Assembly (NCBI GenBank): GCA_963703345.1
Contig: OY969814.1
Span: 1,504,001-1,568,000, forward strand
Direction of reading: 5' to 3'
Length of the DNA stretch: 64,000 nucleotides
Source of the DNA: an uncultured Chloroflexia bacterium
GTDB taxonomy: Bacteria; Chloroflexota; Dehalococcoidia; DSTF01; JALHUB01
The translations under genes and the position numbers were made by a program. Positions within the stretch are counted from its first letter, which is position 1. Each line of letters opens with the position of its first letter. The notes under the pieces are model-generated. The model made no database searches. It saw only the letters and a program-made list of their open reading frames with translations, and was not told where the DNA came from. Below are positions 53,772 to 63,864 of the stretch, one piece after another.

Positions 53772-55178
53772 TTAGTTCTTCGTGACGGCGGTCAGCCCAA
53801 GTTGATACGACTTGCCCTCGAGCGCCTTGTCAAGCTGGATGAGTCCCGCCCCGTCCCAGCCGTGGAATACGCTGTCCGGCAGGGGCAGAGCCGTCTTCAC
53901 CATCAGGGCCTCCACTTGGTCCGGCGTCAACACGCGCCCCGACGACAACAGCAACGCCGCCGCCCCCGACACCAGCGCCGTGGAAAACGAAGTGCCGTCG
54001 CTCATGGCATAAGGTTCGCTGCCGAAGCAGGTCCAGCGCGCGCAGAACTTCGCCGGGACGGTACTCGCAATGTCCACGCCCGGCGCAGTCACGGTCACCT
54101 CCGGCCCCCAATTGCTGAACCACGCCTTGCCGCGGATCGTGCTGTGGTCGCTCGCCGAGACGGCGATCACATTATCGTAGCGAGCGGGCGCCAGGACCTG
54201 GTTGCCGCCTGTATTTCCCGTCGCCGCGACGATCGTCACGCCGTAGCGGTCGTGGGCCTCGTTGACCGCGTCGTGCAAGGGGGTTGAATCCAGTTGCGAT
54301 GTGAAGCTTATATTGATAACGCTAGCCCCGGCCTTCGCTGCGTATTCGATGCCCTCGGCCGCCTCCAGCCCCGTCGCCAGACCCTGGCAGTCAAGCACCT
54401 TGACAGGCATGATCGTGACGTTCGGCGCTACGCCAATGACGCCGATGCCGTTGTTTCCCCGCGCGGCGATGATCCCGGCGACGAAGGTGCCGTGCCCATC
54501 ATCGTCGTCGATGTTGCCGTTGGGCGGGTCCTGCGGCGCAGGGCATGCCTGCGAACTGCGCACGTAGTTGCAGCCGTGAACGTCGTCCACACAGCCGTTG
54601 CCGTCGTCATCGACGCCGTTCCCGGCGATCTCGCCGCGGTTCGTCCAGATTGCGTCTTTCAGGTCGGGATGAGTAATGTCCACGCCCGTATCGAGCACAG
54701 CGACGACGATGTATGGCTTGCCGGTCTCCACGTCCCAGGCCTTCGGCGCGCCGATGGCGTCGTAGTACCACTGCTGCCGGCCGACGTAGAACGGATCGTT
54801 CGGCGTCATGTCCGCCCGCACGATTGCGTTCGGCTCCGCGTACTCGACCTGCGGCAGGGAGCGATAACGCTGCGCCGCGGCCTGAGTGGAAATGCCGGGT
54901 TCCACCGCCACCAGCGACACGCCGAGGTCACTCACTTTGCTCACTTCCTTCGACCCGACGGTGCCGTTTACTATCCGCTCAGCGGCGGCAACCATCGGCT
55001 GACGATACTTCACGACGAGCTGGCCCGGCACGGCGGCCGGCAGATCCGGCGCGCCGTTTGCCTGTGATAGGCGGAGAGATGGCAGCGGATCGCAGACGGG
55101 TCCGACAGCAAGATAGGCGGCTAGGACTGCCGCCGGAAAAAAGATCAGCAGAGCTACGCGCTTGCGACCAGGCGCCAT
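53772..55178 (-). CDS. S8 (subtilisin-like) serine peptidase, exported
   Basis: signal/TM segment, VAVLDTG, GHGTFVAG, GTSFS triad. Confidence 0.93.
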   Translation of the reverse strand: MAPGRKRVALLIFFPAAVLAAYLAVGPVCDPLPSLRLSQANGAPDLPAAVPGQLVVKYRQPMVAAAERIVNGTVGSKEVSKVSDLGVSLVAVEPGISTQAAAQRYRSLPQVEYAEPNAIVRADMTPNDPFYVGRQQWYYDAIGAPKAWDVETGKPYIVVAVLDTGVDITHPDLKDAIWTNRGEIAGNGVDDDGNGCVDDVHGCNYVRSSQACPAPQDPPNGNIDDDDGHGTFVAGIIAARGNNGIGVIGVAPNVTIMPVKVLDCQGLATGLEAAEGIEYAAKAGASVINISFTSQLDSTPLHDAVNEAHDRYGVTIVAATGNTGGNQVLAPARYDNVIAVSASDHSTIRGKAWFSNWGPEVTVTAPGVDIASTVPAKFCARWTCFGSEPYAMSDGTSFSTALVSGAAALLLSSGRVLTPDQVEALMVKTALPLPDSVFHGWDGAGLIQLDKALEGKSYQLGLTAVTKN

Positions 55179-55272
55179 CCTCACCTCCCCGCAATGCCCA
55201 CGTTCGCCTCCTATACGTTACATCGGATGCTCCCGAGGGGCAAGGGGCGAACGTTATGCTAGAATGGCGTCG

Positions 55273-56994
55273 ATGAGCCGCCCCAATGCTATCCAAAAGC
55301 TGCCGCCGCTGGTGATCGGCAAGATCGCCGCCGGCGAGGTCATCGAGCGCCCAGCTTCCGCCGTGAAGGAGCTGCTGGAGAACGCCCTCGACGCCGGCGC
55401 CCGCCAGGTGAGCATCGAAATCGGCAGGGGCGGCCTCGACCTGATCCGCATCGCCGACGACGGCTGCGGCATTGCGCCCGACGATCTGGCCCTCGCCTTC
55501 GAGCGCCACGCCACTAGCAAGCTCTTCAGCGATGCCGATCTCGACGCCATATCGACCCTCGGCTTCCGCGGCGAAGCGCTGCCCAGCATCGCCGCCGTCG
55601 CCGACGTCGAGCTGCTTTCCCGACCCGTCGACGCCGCCGGCGGTCGCTTCGTCACTCTCCGCGACGGCCGCGTCACGGACAGCGGCGACAACGGGACATC
55701 TCCCGGCACTATCGTCAGCGTTCGGCATCTCTTCAGCCGCCAGCCCGCGCGACTCAAGTTCCTGCGCTCGCCCGCAGCCGAGGCCGCGCAGATCGCCGCC
55801 GTCGTAAGCCACTACGCGCTCGCCTATCCCGAGGTTCGCGTCACGCTCCTCACCGATGGTCGCCTCACCCTGCGCACGCCCGGTAGCGGCGATCTCCTCG
55901 ATGCAGCGGCCGGCGTTTACGGGCATCAGGTGGCTCGCTCCCTCCTGCCGCTCTCCGCGTCCGCCGCCGTATCGCGGTCCGTGTTGCCCTCCTTTGAAGG
56001 GCTGATAGGCGATCCCGGTGTCTCCAGGGCTAATCGCAACTACATAACGCTTTTCATCAACCGGCGCTGGGTGCGCAACCGCGCCCTGACCTACGCTATC
56101 GAGGAGGCCTATGAGGGCTTTCTCATGACCGGCCGACATCCTCTCGCCGTTGTCGACGTCCGCCTGGTTCCGACCGACGTCGATGTCAACGTCCACCCCT
56201 CGAAGCTTGAAGTGCGCCTCCGCAACGAGCGCGAAGTGTTCGCCCTGTTGCAGCGACAGGTGCGGCGCACTCTGACCCAACGCGCGCCAACGCCCGCCGG
56301 CACAGGGACGACGTCCTGGCCCGGCCGTCCGCGTCCTTCGCTCCCCGACAAGCCGATTGAACCTGCGCCCCTCCCGCTGGAGCCCCCTGCCACCGCCCCG
56401 GTGGCCGAGCAGCCGCTGCTCGCGCCGTCCCTGCCCGTCCTACGACCGCTCGGCCAGGTCGGCTCGCTCTACGTCGTCGCCGAGGGCCCGGAAGGGCTCT
56501 ACCTCGTCGACCAGCACGCCGCCCACGAGCGCATCCTCTTCGAACGCTTCCTGAAAACTGACGCAGCTCCCGACGCCCAGGGGCTGCTGGAACCCGTCGC
56601 CGTCGAGCTGGCGCCGCGCCAGCAGGCGCTCGTCGAAGAGATGGCACAGGAGCTCTCCGACCAGGGCTTTTCGCTGGAGCCGTTCGGCGAGCGCAGCTTC
56701 CTCGTGCGCTCTGTTCCCGCCGCGATGGCCGCCGCCGACGTCGCGACGGCGCTCGTCGAGTTCCTCGACGCCCTGGCCCGCGAAGAGGCCGTTCCGGATC
56801 GCCGGCGGCGCGTTGCTACGTCGCTCGCCTGCCATTCCGCCATCCGCGCCGGCCAGACGCTCAGCGCCGAGGAGATGCGCGAACTGCTGCGCCAGCTCGA
56901 GCAAACGGAGAACCCGCGCCACTGCCCGCACGGCCGCCCCACGATGGTCCACCTCAGCGCCGACGACCTCGCCCGCGAGTTCCGCCGCCGCTAA
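55273..56994 (+). CDS. mutL: DNA mismatch repair endonuclease MutL
   Basis: IAAGEVIERPASAVKELLEN, RHATSK, GFRGEAL, DQHAAHER, CPHGRP. Confidence 0.97.
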   Translation: MSRPNAIQKLPPLVIGKIAAGEVIERPASAVKELLENALDAGARQVSIEIGRGGLDLIRIADDGCGIAPDDLALAFERHATSKLFSDADLDAISTLGFRGEALPSIAAVADVELLSRPVDAAGGRFVTLRDGRVTDSGDNGTSPGTIVSVRHLFSRQPARLKFLRSPAAEAAQIAAVVSHYALAYPEVRVTLLTDGRLTLRTPGSGDLLDAAAGVYGHQVARSLLPLSASAAVSRSVLPSFEGLIGDPGVSRANRNYITLFINRRWVRNRALTYAIEEAYEGFLMTGRHPLAVVDVRLVPTDVDVNVHPSKLEVRLRNEREVFALLQRQVRRTLTQRAPTPAGTGTTSWPGRPRPSLPDKPIEPAPLPLEPPATAPVAEQPLLAPSLPVLRPLGQVGSLYVVAEGPEGLYLVDQHAAHERILFERFLKTDAAPDAQGLLEPVAVELAPRQQALVEEMAQELSDQGFSLEPFGERSFLVRSVPAAMAAADVATALVEFLDALAREEAVPDRRRRVATSLACHSAIRAGQTLSAEEMRELLRQLEQTENPRHCPHGRPTMVHLSADDLAREFRRR

Positions 56995-57264
56995 GACCTA
57001 GCTACCGCAGGGCGTGTGTCAGACGCGCTCCCGGCACTTTGTGCTCACGCCCTCCAGGCTGCTCATACCGACGCCTCAGACACGCGCTCGCCGCGCCTCT
57101 GCCCACGCCTTTGCATCGCTCCCGACGTAGGTCCTGAAATCTGCTGCTCCCTCCGCCCCTAAGGGTTTTCCCCTAAAGGAAACCCCTACGTTCGCCGAGT
57201 ATTAGATTGGCGGGCCTCGTGCCGTGCCCAACAACGAGCCCGCGGAGGAAAACCGGCTGCGACC

Positions 57265-58131
57265 ATGATTACGCGTTGGAGAAAAGCTTCGGCTCGGCTG
57301 AGCAGCCGTTCCAGTCTGCTCGGCTCGCTCATGGTAGCCGCCGGCATCGCTCTGCTGGTCGTCTCGTCCGCTTTCTTCCTCGGCCAGGGGTCCGTCGCCG
57401 GCAGCCAGGATTCGCTCCGTTCCTCCGACCAGCCGCCCGCTCCCGACGCCACGCTACTTCTTCCATCGAACTCGCCTTCATTCGAAACGATTGACGCGCG
57501 CCTGCTAAGCGTGACAAAGCCCACAGCATCGCCCACGGCGACAGCGCAGCCGCCGGCGCCTGTCGTTCAGCCGATAGACCCGCCTATCGCCCTGCGGACC
57601 GCCACGCCCGTTCCAGCACCCGTTCGCGTCGTCGCTCCCGTGCAGCCAACGGCAGTTCCTCCAACGCCGACGCCTTTGCCGCCACCGCCGCCGACACAGG
57701 AGCCGCCGCCCGTAGTAGCGCCATCGGCGCAGCTCACAGCCTTCGAGGCGGACATCTTCAGTCAGCAGAACGCTCAGCGCGTGGCAGCCGGGTTGGCGCC
57801 CCTGCAGATCGATTCCGCCCTCGTCGCCGTCGCCCGTGAGCGCTCAAACGATATGGTGCAGAAGGACTACTTTGCGCACGTCAGCCCCAGCGGTGAGACC
57901 GCCTTCATCCTTCTCGACCGCTATGGCATTCCTTACGGCTGGGCCGGTGAGAACCTGGCACGCAACAATTATCCGGACAACGAGTCCGTCGCCGTCTCCA
58001 TGCGCGATTGGATGGCCAGCGAAGGCCACCGCGAGAACATCCTCAACGTCCACTTCACGAACGTCGGCATCGGCTCCGCGGTCGATGCGTCGGGCATGAA
58101 GTATTTCACCGTCGTCTTTACCGGCCCCTGA
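57265..58131 (+). CDS. CAP/SCP-domain protein with TM helix and Pro/Thr linker
   Basis: N..R...GL.PL, DM..YFAH.SP.G, GENLA, WMASEGHRENIL. Confidence 0.88.
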   Translation: MITRWRKASARLSSRSSLLGSLMVAAGIALLVVSSAFFLGQGSVAGSQDSLRSSDQPPAPDATLLLPSNSPSFETIDARLLSVTKPTASPTATAQPPAPVVQPIDPPIALRTATPVPAPVRVVAPVQPTAVPPTPTPLPPPPPTQEPPPVVAPSAQLTAFEADIFSQQNAQRVAAGLAPLQIDSALVAVARERSNDMVQKDYFAHVSPSGETAFILLDRYGIPYGWAGENLARNNYPDNESVAVSMRDWMASEGHRENILNVHFTNVGIGSAVDASGMKYFTVVFTGP

Positions 58132-58154
58132 CTCCCGTCGCCAAAGATACCAAC

Positions 58155-58230
58155 GTAGGGGCGGGACTCCGCGGGTCGCCTGACGGGAATATGTGTGGCA
58201 ACAAGCGTAGGGGAGGAGTTCAGTCCTCCC
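58155..58230 (+). repeat. two GTAG-type REP-like elements
   Basis: gtaggggcgggactccgcgggtcgcc (58155) and gtaggggaggagttcagtcctccc (58207-58230). Confidence 0.7.
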
Positions 58231-58276
58231 GCCGTCGCGCCTGCCGCACCAGGCGAGTCAGATCGACGAATCTGCT

Positions 58277-59614
58277 CTACTGCAGGTCCACGAAGTAGAA
58301 GCTCGCCGCGACGTCGATAAGCTCGTGCCTGAGCTCCGGCGTCTCACCGCGATAGTTCGCTATCGACTCCAGCAACTCGACGAGGTCGCGCGGGTGGCAG
58401 CCGCGAAGAGGACGGCTGGCGTAGTGCTTCTCCATCAGATAGTCCAGCGCCGAATCGGGGCAGGCGATGTCCTTCGATTCGCACACCTGGCGGAAGATGC
58501 GCCGGAAGTCCGCCGGCTGCGGGTCAGGCATCTCGATCTTGTGCCGGATGCGCCGGAAGAACGCCTCATCACCGAGTTGCCGCGGCGGTATGTTCGTCGA
58601 GAACACCAGCAGCAAGTCGAACGGCATCACGATCGTATCGCCCGTGTGTAGGGCCAGGTGATCGACTCCCTGCTCGAGCGGCACGATCCAACGGTTCAGC
58701 AGCTCCTTCGGCTCAATTAGCTGCCGGCCGAAGTCGTCGATTACCAGCACGCCGGCGTTGGCCTTCACCTGCAGCGGCGCCACGTAGAACTTCGATACTT
58801 CGGAGTAGCGCAGCTCCAGGTCCTGCAGGCTCAGCGACCCGCCGGCCATCACCACCGGCCGGAACGTCCGCACCCAGCGACGGTCCCGACGCCGCTCGTC
58901 CGGCGCTCCCTCAATGTCATTGCGCCGGTCCGGGTCCGTGTCGTCCGGTATCTCCAGGTGGACCCGCGGATCGAAGACGCGAATGATGTGGCTGTTGTAC
59001 TCGAAAGCGTAGGGAATGAGCACCTGGCCGGGCAGCATTCGACCGATGGCGGCGGCGGCGCTGCTCTTGCCGTTGCCGGAGTGGCCGTAGAGGAGCATCG
59101 ACCGGCCGGAGTTGACTGCGGCGCCCAGCGCGTCGAGCGTCGAATCGTCCAGAATGAGATGCGACAGCTCGCGTCGCTCGGTCTCGCTGTCGATGCGCAG
59201 GCCGCGCACGGACTGCTGTTGCTGCACCTCCACGTACTGCTCGAAGGAAACCGGCGCCGGCCCATTATACTGACTGCGGCGCAGCACCTCCTCCGCCTTC
59301 TCCATGCCCTTCACCGTCAGCGCGTACTTGTACTGCGCCTCGCCCGCGCCCGCGCTGCCGACGACCTCCACGTACTGCTCCCGCTTCAGGAAGTCGAGAA
59401 GCTCCTCGACCACCGCGAACGGCAGCATCATGTGATTGCCGATCTGTCGCGCTGCCGGACGGCCGGCGAAATAGACGCACTTGATACACTGGTCGAGGAG
59501 AAGACCCGAATGCACGCCGGTCTCCTCGACACTCTGCGGCTGAGGGATGAAGACAGTGGGAGGTGTGTTCCGCGGGTCTTTCTTGGCCTCCAGGCCGATC
59601 TCAAGCTGCTCCAT
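58277..59614 (-). CDS. AAA+ ATPase of unknown function with N-terminal wHTH-like region
   Basis: Walker A GHSGNGKS, Walker B LVIDD, YNGPAPV, LLNRWIVPLE, DEAFFRRI. Confidence 0.85.
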   Translation of the reverse strand: MEQLEIGLEAKKDPRNTPPTVFIPQPQSVEETGVHSGLLLDQCIKCVYFAGRPAARQIGNHMMLPFAVVEELLDFLKREQYVEVVGSAGAGEAQYKYALTVKGMEKAEEVLRRSQYNGPAPVSFEQYVEVQQQQSVRGLRIDSETERRELSHLILDDSTLDALGAAVNSGRSMLLYGHSGNGKSSAAAAIGRMLPGQVLIPYAFEYNSHIIRVFDPRVHLEIPDDTDPDRRNDIEGAPDERRRDRRWVRTFRPVVMAGGSLSLQDLELRYSEVSKFYVAPLQVKANAGVLVIDDFGRQLIEPKELLNRWIVPLEQGVDHLALHTGDTIVMPFDLLLVFSTNIPPRQLGDEAFFRRIRHKIEMPDPQPADFRRIFRQVCESKDIACPDSALDYLMEKHYASRPLRGCHPRDLVELLESIANYRGETPELRHELIDVAASFYFVDLQ

Positions 59615-59724
59615 CAGACCTCTTTCCGGCGCCCATCCCACGGACGCCGCTCAGACAGTATTGCTGCAGGCGCTTCTCGCCGCGACCAAATGGGGCTAAG
59701 CGTGTGCGCTCCGCCAACCGCCCG

Positions 59725-60162
59725 CTAACCGACAAGCAGCAGCTCACGCGTCAGATCTCCCCAACTGAACATAACGACTGACAGCCAGCGGGAGTGCTCG
59801 AGCCACCCTTCAGCCTGCCATTCCTGCATCAACTGTCTCAGTCGCGAAGGCACCGGACCATCCTCATAGAAATCGGTCGGTCGCAGGACGCCGAAGCTGT
59901 ACCGTACCGTCTCCTGGTTCTCCGAGCTCATCAGCGCCAGCGCCAGCGTCACGTAATCCAGCCCGTAGGGCCGGCGCATCTCCGCCATCGTCCCGCGCGC
60001 CCATTCGACGACCATCGAGTCGACGTCGTCGCCGAGGGCGGTAGCGACGTCGCCTCCCAGCTCCCAGCAGGTGTGGTACACGCCGACTCCTGCCTCGACG
60101 GCCTCGCGCACCTTCGACTCCGCTGAGTTCTGTCTGAACCTTCTTAGCAGCGAACCTAGCAT
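59725..60162 (-). CDS. hypothetical protein
   Basis: 145-aa ORF with globular composition; no family recognised. Confidence 0.6.
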   Translation of the reverse strand: MLGSLLRRFRQNSAESKVREAVEAGVGVYHTCWELGGDVATALGDDVDSMVVEWARGTMAEMRRPYGLDYVTLALALMSSENQETVRYSFGVLRPTDFYEDGPVPSRLRQLMQEWQAEGWLEHSRWLSVVMFSWGDLTRELLLVG

Positions 60163-60283
60163 CGGCCTTTGAAACGACAGAGCGCCCTGACTCACTACGA
60201 ACCGGAGTCCCCAATAAGGGCGCGCTCTCTTAGAGTATCGGCAGGAGCCTCGACCGGCTTCAGATGCAGCGCTTTGAAGACGC

Positions 60284-60318
60284 AAGAAAAGGGAGGGCTC
60301 CGTCGCGGAAGCCCTCCC
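60284..60318 (-). terminator. intrinsic terminator
   Basis: minus strand gggagggcttccgcgacggagccctccc-ttttctt. Confidence 0.8.
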
Positions 60319-60349
60319 CTCATGTCTTGAAGCTCAGCCCGTGAGCGGC

Positions 60350-61816
60350 CTAGTTGCGATTGCGGATTAGCCTCCGCGTCTCCAGAAGCGTGATCCCGCC
60401 GAAGACCAATGCAATGACTGACGCCACGGCTGCCCCACCGGTCGGGCCGCCACCACTGCCGTCACCGGATGAAGGAAGCGCCTCCGCCTGGTGGAACGGC
60501 GTCGGCGTCACTCGCGGTGCCACTTGCGGCGTCGGCGTTACGGCCACCGGGCTAACCTGGCTGAGCGGCGTCGGCGGTACCGGCGTATCAGTCGCACTTT
60601 CATGGTGCCTTGGCGTGTGCGTAGCCGTTGGCGTGTCCGTGGGTGTCAGAGTCGGCGTGACGCTGCCCGTTGGCGTCAGCGTCGGCGTGGCCGAAGGTGT
60701 GATTGTCCCCGTGCTGGTGGCCGTCGGCGTGTCGGTGTCGACCGGCGTATTGGTGCTGGTCGCCGTCGGCGTTGCGGTGTCAGTCGCCGTCGGCGTGGCG
60801 GTGTCGGTTGCCGTCGGCGTGGCGGTGTCGGTTGCCGTCGGCGTGGCGGTGTCAGTCGCCGTCGGCGTTGCGGTGTCAGTCGCCGTCGGCGTTGCGGTGT
60901 CGGTTGCCGTCGGCGTGGCGGTGTCGGTTGCCGTCGGCGTGGCGGTGTCGGTTGCCGTCGGCGTGGCGGTGTCAGTCGCCGTCGGTGTGGCGGTGTCGGT
61001 TGCCGTCGGCGTGGCGGTATCGGTCGCCGTCGGTGTGGCGGTGTCGGTTGCCGTCGGTGTGAACGTATCGGTCGACGTTGGCGTCGCGGTGCATGTTGGC
61101 GTCGGCGTGAAGGTCTTTGTTGGCGTGGCCGTGCTTGTGAACGTCGGCGTCGGCGTGGACGTGTTAGTGGCCGTCGGCGTCGATGTCATCGTCGGCGTTG
61201 GCGACGATGGTGGAACGATCTTGTTCACGGGAAGCGGCACGTCCTTGTTGCCGATGTTTTCACACGCCACTCCGCGCACTAGGCGGTTATGCAGACTCGA
61301 TCCGCTCCACAAGTCGGCCTGCGGACCTAGCTGAGCGTTCCAATTCAATACGACCGTGGAGCTCTGCGCTGTGAAGGTTACGTCATATGTGATCACCGAA
61401 GCGTCGGCGGCTTGATGGCCGACCATGTTGACACCTGTGGCCGAGCCATTGGCGCTGCCCCATAAGTTGAAGTTGTCATAACCAATAATGCCAGCTGAGT
61501 CCTTGAAGTCGTGCTGCAGCTGAAGGCAGGTGTATGACGTTCCGAACGTGAGGCCCGTGATCGTCAATCGATGGGGGACGTTGTCTAAATCGCTCCAGCA
61601 ATTCCCGGATCCTATGCCCGCGCAGAGGTTGCCTGTGGTGTAGCCGTCTCCGAATACCTGGCCTTCCAGCGTGTATCGATCACCGGCGGCCGTCGCTTGT
61701 TGGTCATGTCGACCCAAGACTCCGAGCGACACGAGAGCGACGCCGACGATTGCTACGACACCAAGGAATAGCATGCAGCAGACCTGAGAGCGCCCTAATT
61801 GAAAGTGGTTCTTCAT
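60350..61816 (-). CDS. surface protein A: TM, Cys-containing domain, (PTATDTAT)n stalk, LPSSG + TM + basic tail
   Basis: AGGAGG RBS; paralog of 62080-63681. Confidence 0.85.
   Translation of the reverse strand: MKNHFQLGRSQVCCMLFLGVVAIVGVALVSLGVLGRHDQQATAAGDRYTLEGQVFGDGYTTGNLCAGIGSGNCWSDLDNVPHRLTITGLTFGTSYTCLQLQHDFKDSAGIIGYDNFNLWGSANGSATGVNMVGHQAADASVITYDVTFTAQSSTVVLNWNAQLGPQADLWSGSSLHNRLVRGVACENIGNKDVPLPVNKIVPPSSPTPTMTSTPTATNTSTPTPTFTSTATPTKTFTPTPTCTATPTSTDTFTPTATDTATPTATDTATPTATDTATPTATDTATPTATDTATPTATDTATPTATDTATPTATDTATPTATDTATPTATDTATPTATDTATPTATDTATPTATSTNTPVDTDTPTATSTGTITPSATPTLTPTGSVTPTLTPTDTPTATHTPRHHESATDTPVPPTPLSQVSPVAVTPTPQVAPRVTPTPFHQAEALPSSGDGSGGGPTGGAAVASVIALVFGGITLLETRRLIRNRN
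60765..61060. repeat. 24-bp coding tandem repeat, about 12 units (PTATDTAT)
   Basis: gtcggcgtggcggtgtcggttgcc with synonymous variants. Confidence 0.92.
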
Positions 61817-61840
61817 GCCCAACCTCCTGGCTATACACGA

Positions 61841-61932
61841 CAAGAAACCGCCGCCTTCTGCCTAGAAGACAGCGGCTGAAGAGCTCCGAAATAAACTTTT
61901 CGGCAGCCCGGCAGTCCTGGCCCCGCCTCCCT
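61841..61932 (-). promoter_or_regulatory. 3' half of c-di-GMP-I riboswitch plus terminator (truncated copy)
   Basis: aligns with 63811-63903 (gccgggctgccgaa..ggagctcttcagccg..gaaggcggcgg-ttt); no GGCAAA/GACGCAAAG upstream. Confidence 0.7.
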
Positions 61933-62079
61933 GCTCTTCATCGTTCGCTCCTCTTCCCGAGTCTGCATGCACTGCAGGCCGCTTTGGGAGCGGCCGGCAG
62001 TACGCCTGATTGGGCTGTCGCTTGCTCTATTAGAGCAGAATACCTCTTCAGAGTCCATGCTCCATCCTACCCGGCGATG

Positions 62080-63681
62080 CTATTCATCCTCATGCACTCG
62101 CGCCAGCCGCAGTCCGGTCAGCAGCAGGACGATGCCGGCGAGCGAGAACAGCACGCCCAGAATCGTCGCTCCCTGCGAGGAGCCGTGGTCTCCCGGATCG
62201 CCGGCGTGAGGCAGCACCTCGGTAACCGGTTGCCGCGTGATGACCGCGGGCGCAACTGTGCTCACGTGCGTTGGCGTCGGCGGGACCGTGGTAGCCGTCG
62301 CCGTGTTGACCGGCGTTGGAGTCGGAGTGTGCCTTCTGTGGTGCTCCGTCGCCGTCGCCGTCGGCGTCGAAGGTGTTGCTGTGGGCGTGGCCGTGTTAGG
62401 CGGCGTACCCGTGGTCGTAGCTGTCGGCGTGGCCGTATCGGTTGGCGTCGGCGTTACGGTGTCGGTCGGCGTCGGCGTGGCCGTATCGGTTGGCGTTGGT
62501 GTTGCCGTATCAGTCGGCGTTGGCGTTGCCGTATCAGTCGGCGTTGGCGTGGCCGTATCGGTTGGCGTTGGTGTTGCCGTATCAGTCGGCGTTGGCGTTG
62601 CCGTATCAGTCGGCGTTGGCGTGGCCGTATCGGTTGGCGTCGGCGTGGCCGTATCGGTTGGCGTCGGCGTGGCGGTATCGGTCGGCGTTGGTGTTGCCGT
62701 ATCGGTCGGCGTCGGCGTGGCCGTATCGGTTGGCGTTGGTGTTGCCGTATCGGTTGGCGTCGGCGTGGCGGTATCGGTCGGCGTTGGTGTTGCCGTATCG
62801 GTCGGCGTCGGCGTGGCCGTATCAGTCGGTGTCGGCGTGGCGGTATCGGTTGGCGTTGGTGTTGCCGTATCGGTTGGTGTCGGCGTGGCCGTATCGGTTG
62901 GCGTCGGCGTGGCGGTATCGGTTGGCGTTGGTGTTGCCGTATCGGTCGGCGTTGGCGTTGCCGTATCAGTCGGCGTTGGCGTGGCCGTATCGGTCGGTGT
63001 CGGCGTGGCCGTATCGGTTGGCGTCGGCGTGGCGGTGCTGGTCGGAGTAGGTGTGGCCGGCGGGACAATCTTGTTCACCGGGAGCGGCACTTCCTTATTT
63101 CCGATGCTCTCGCAGGATATCCCCCGCACCAACCGGTTGTGCAGGCTTGAGCCGTTCCATTGGTCCGCGTGCAGGCCCAGTTGCGAGTTCCAGTTCAGGA
63201 TGACGGTAGAACTCTGAGCGGTAAAGACAACGTCATAGGTGATTGCGGTTCCTCCGCCGCCGATCGACACCTCCGGCCCGGCGGTCATGGTGACGCCGGA
63301 AGCGGAACCGTTTGCGCTGCCCCATGAGTTGAAGTTGTCATAGCCAATGACGCCGTTGGAATCCTTGAAATCGTGCTGCAGCTGAAGGCAGGTGTATGAC
63401 GTTCCGAGTGTGAGGCCCGTGATCGTCAATCGATGGGGGACGTTGTCTAAATCGCTCCAGCAATTCCCGGATCCTATGCCCGCGCAGAGGTTGCCTGTGG
63501 TGTAGCCGTCTCCGAATATCTGACCTTCCAGCGTGTATCGATCCCCAGCGGCTGCGGCCTGCTGGTTCTGTCGAATCAGCAGGCCAAGCAACACGAACAA
63601 GGCGACACCGGCGACAGCCACGACGCCAAGAAGTAGCAACCAGTTGACACGGATTTTCCCAATTGGAAACGGGTTTTTCAT
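62080..63681 (-). CDS. surface protein B: TM, Cys-containing domain, (PTPTDTAT)n stalk, LPHAG + TM
   Basis: GGGAGG RBS; paralog of 60350-61816. Confidence 0.85.
   Translation of the reverse strand: MKNPFPIGKIRVNWLLLLGVVAVAGVALFVLLGLLIRQNQQAAAAGDRYTLEGQIFGDGYTTGNLCAGIGSGNCWSDLDNVPHRLTITGLTLGTSYTCLQLQHDFKDSNGVIGYDNFNSWGSANGSASGVTMTAGPEVSIGGGGTAITYDVVFTAQSSTVILNWNSQLGLHADQWNGSSLHNRLVRGISCESIGNKEVPLPVNKIVPPATPTPTSTATPTPTDTATPTPTDTATPTPTDTATPTPTDTATPTPTDTATPTPTDTATPTPTDTATPTPTDTATPTPTDTATPTPTDTATPTPTDTATPTPTDTATPTPTDTATPTPTDTATPTPTDTATPTPTDTATPTPTDTATPTPTDTATPTPTDTATPTPTDTATPTPTDTATPTPTDTATPTPTDTATPTPTDTVTPTPTDTATPTATTTGTPPNTATPTATPSTPTATATEHHRRHTPTPTPVNTATATTVPPTPTHVSTVAPAVITRQPVTEVLPHAGDPGDHGSSQGATILGVLFSLAGIVLLLTGLRLARVHEDE
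62423..63030. repeat. 24-bp coding tandem repeat, about 25 units (PTPTDTAT)
   Basis: gtcggcgtggccgtatcggttggc with synonymous variants. Confidence 0.93.
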
Positions 63682-63810
63682 TTTGCTTGCCTCCCGCAGC
63701 GAATTGCTGCACCCCAGGCCATCACGTGAGCGACAGTGCGCAGAGCGTCTGAGCTTTCGCCTGTTCGAATAACACCCTGCTCATTCCTCACAGCCGGTAC
63801 CACATAAACG

Positions 63811-63846
63811 AAAAAGCCGCCGCCTTCAGCTTAGAAGACAACGGCT
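63811..63846 (-). terminator. riboswitch expression-platform terminator
   Basis: minus strand gccgttgtcttc-taagct-gaaggcggcggc-ttttt. Confidence 0.8.
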
Positions 63847-63864
63847 GAAGAGCTCCGCAAATGC

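Noticed and set aside
60765-63030. Possible CRISPR array
   Set aside because: Contiguous coding repeats without unique spacers; no cas genes.
60354-63217. Val/Gly-rich plus-strand ORFs and Arg-rich frames over the repeats
   Set aside because: Antisense or alternative readings of the 24-bp repeats; synonymous variation fits the minus-strand Thr/Pro frame.
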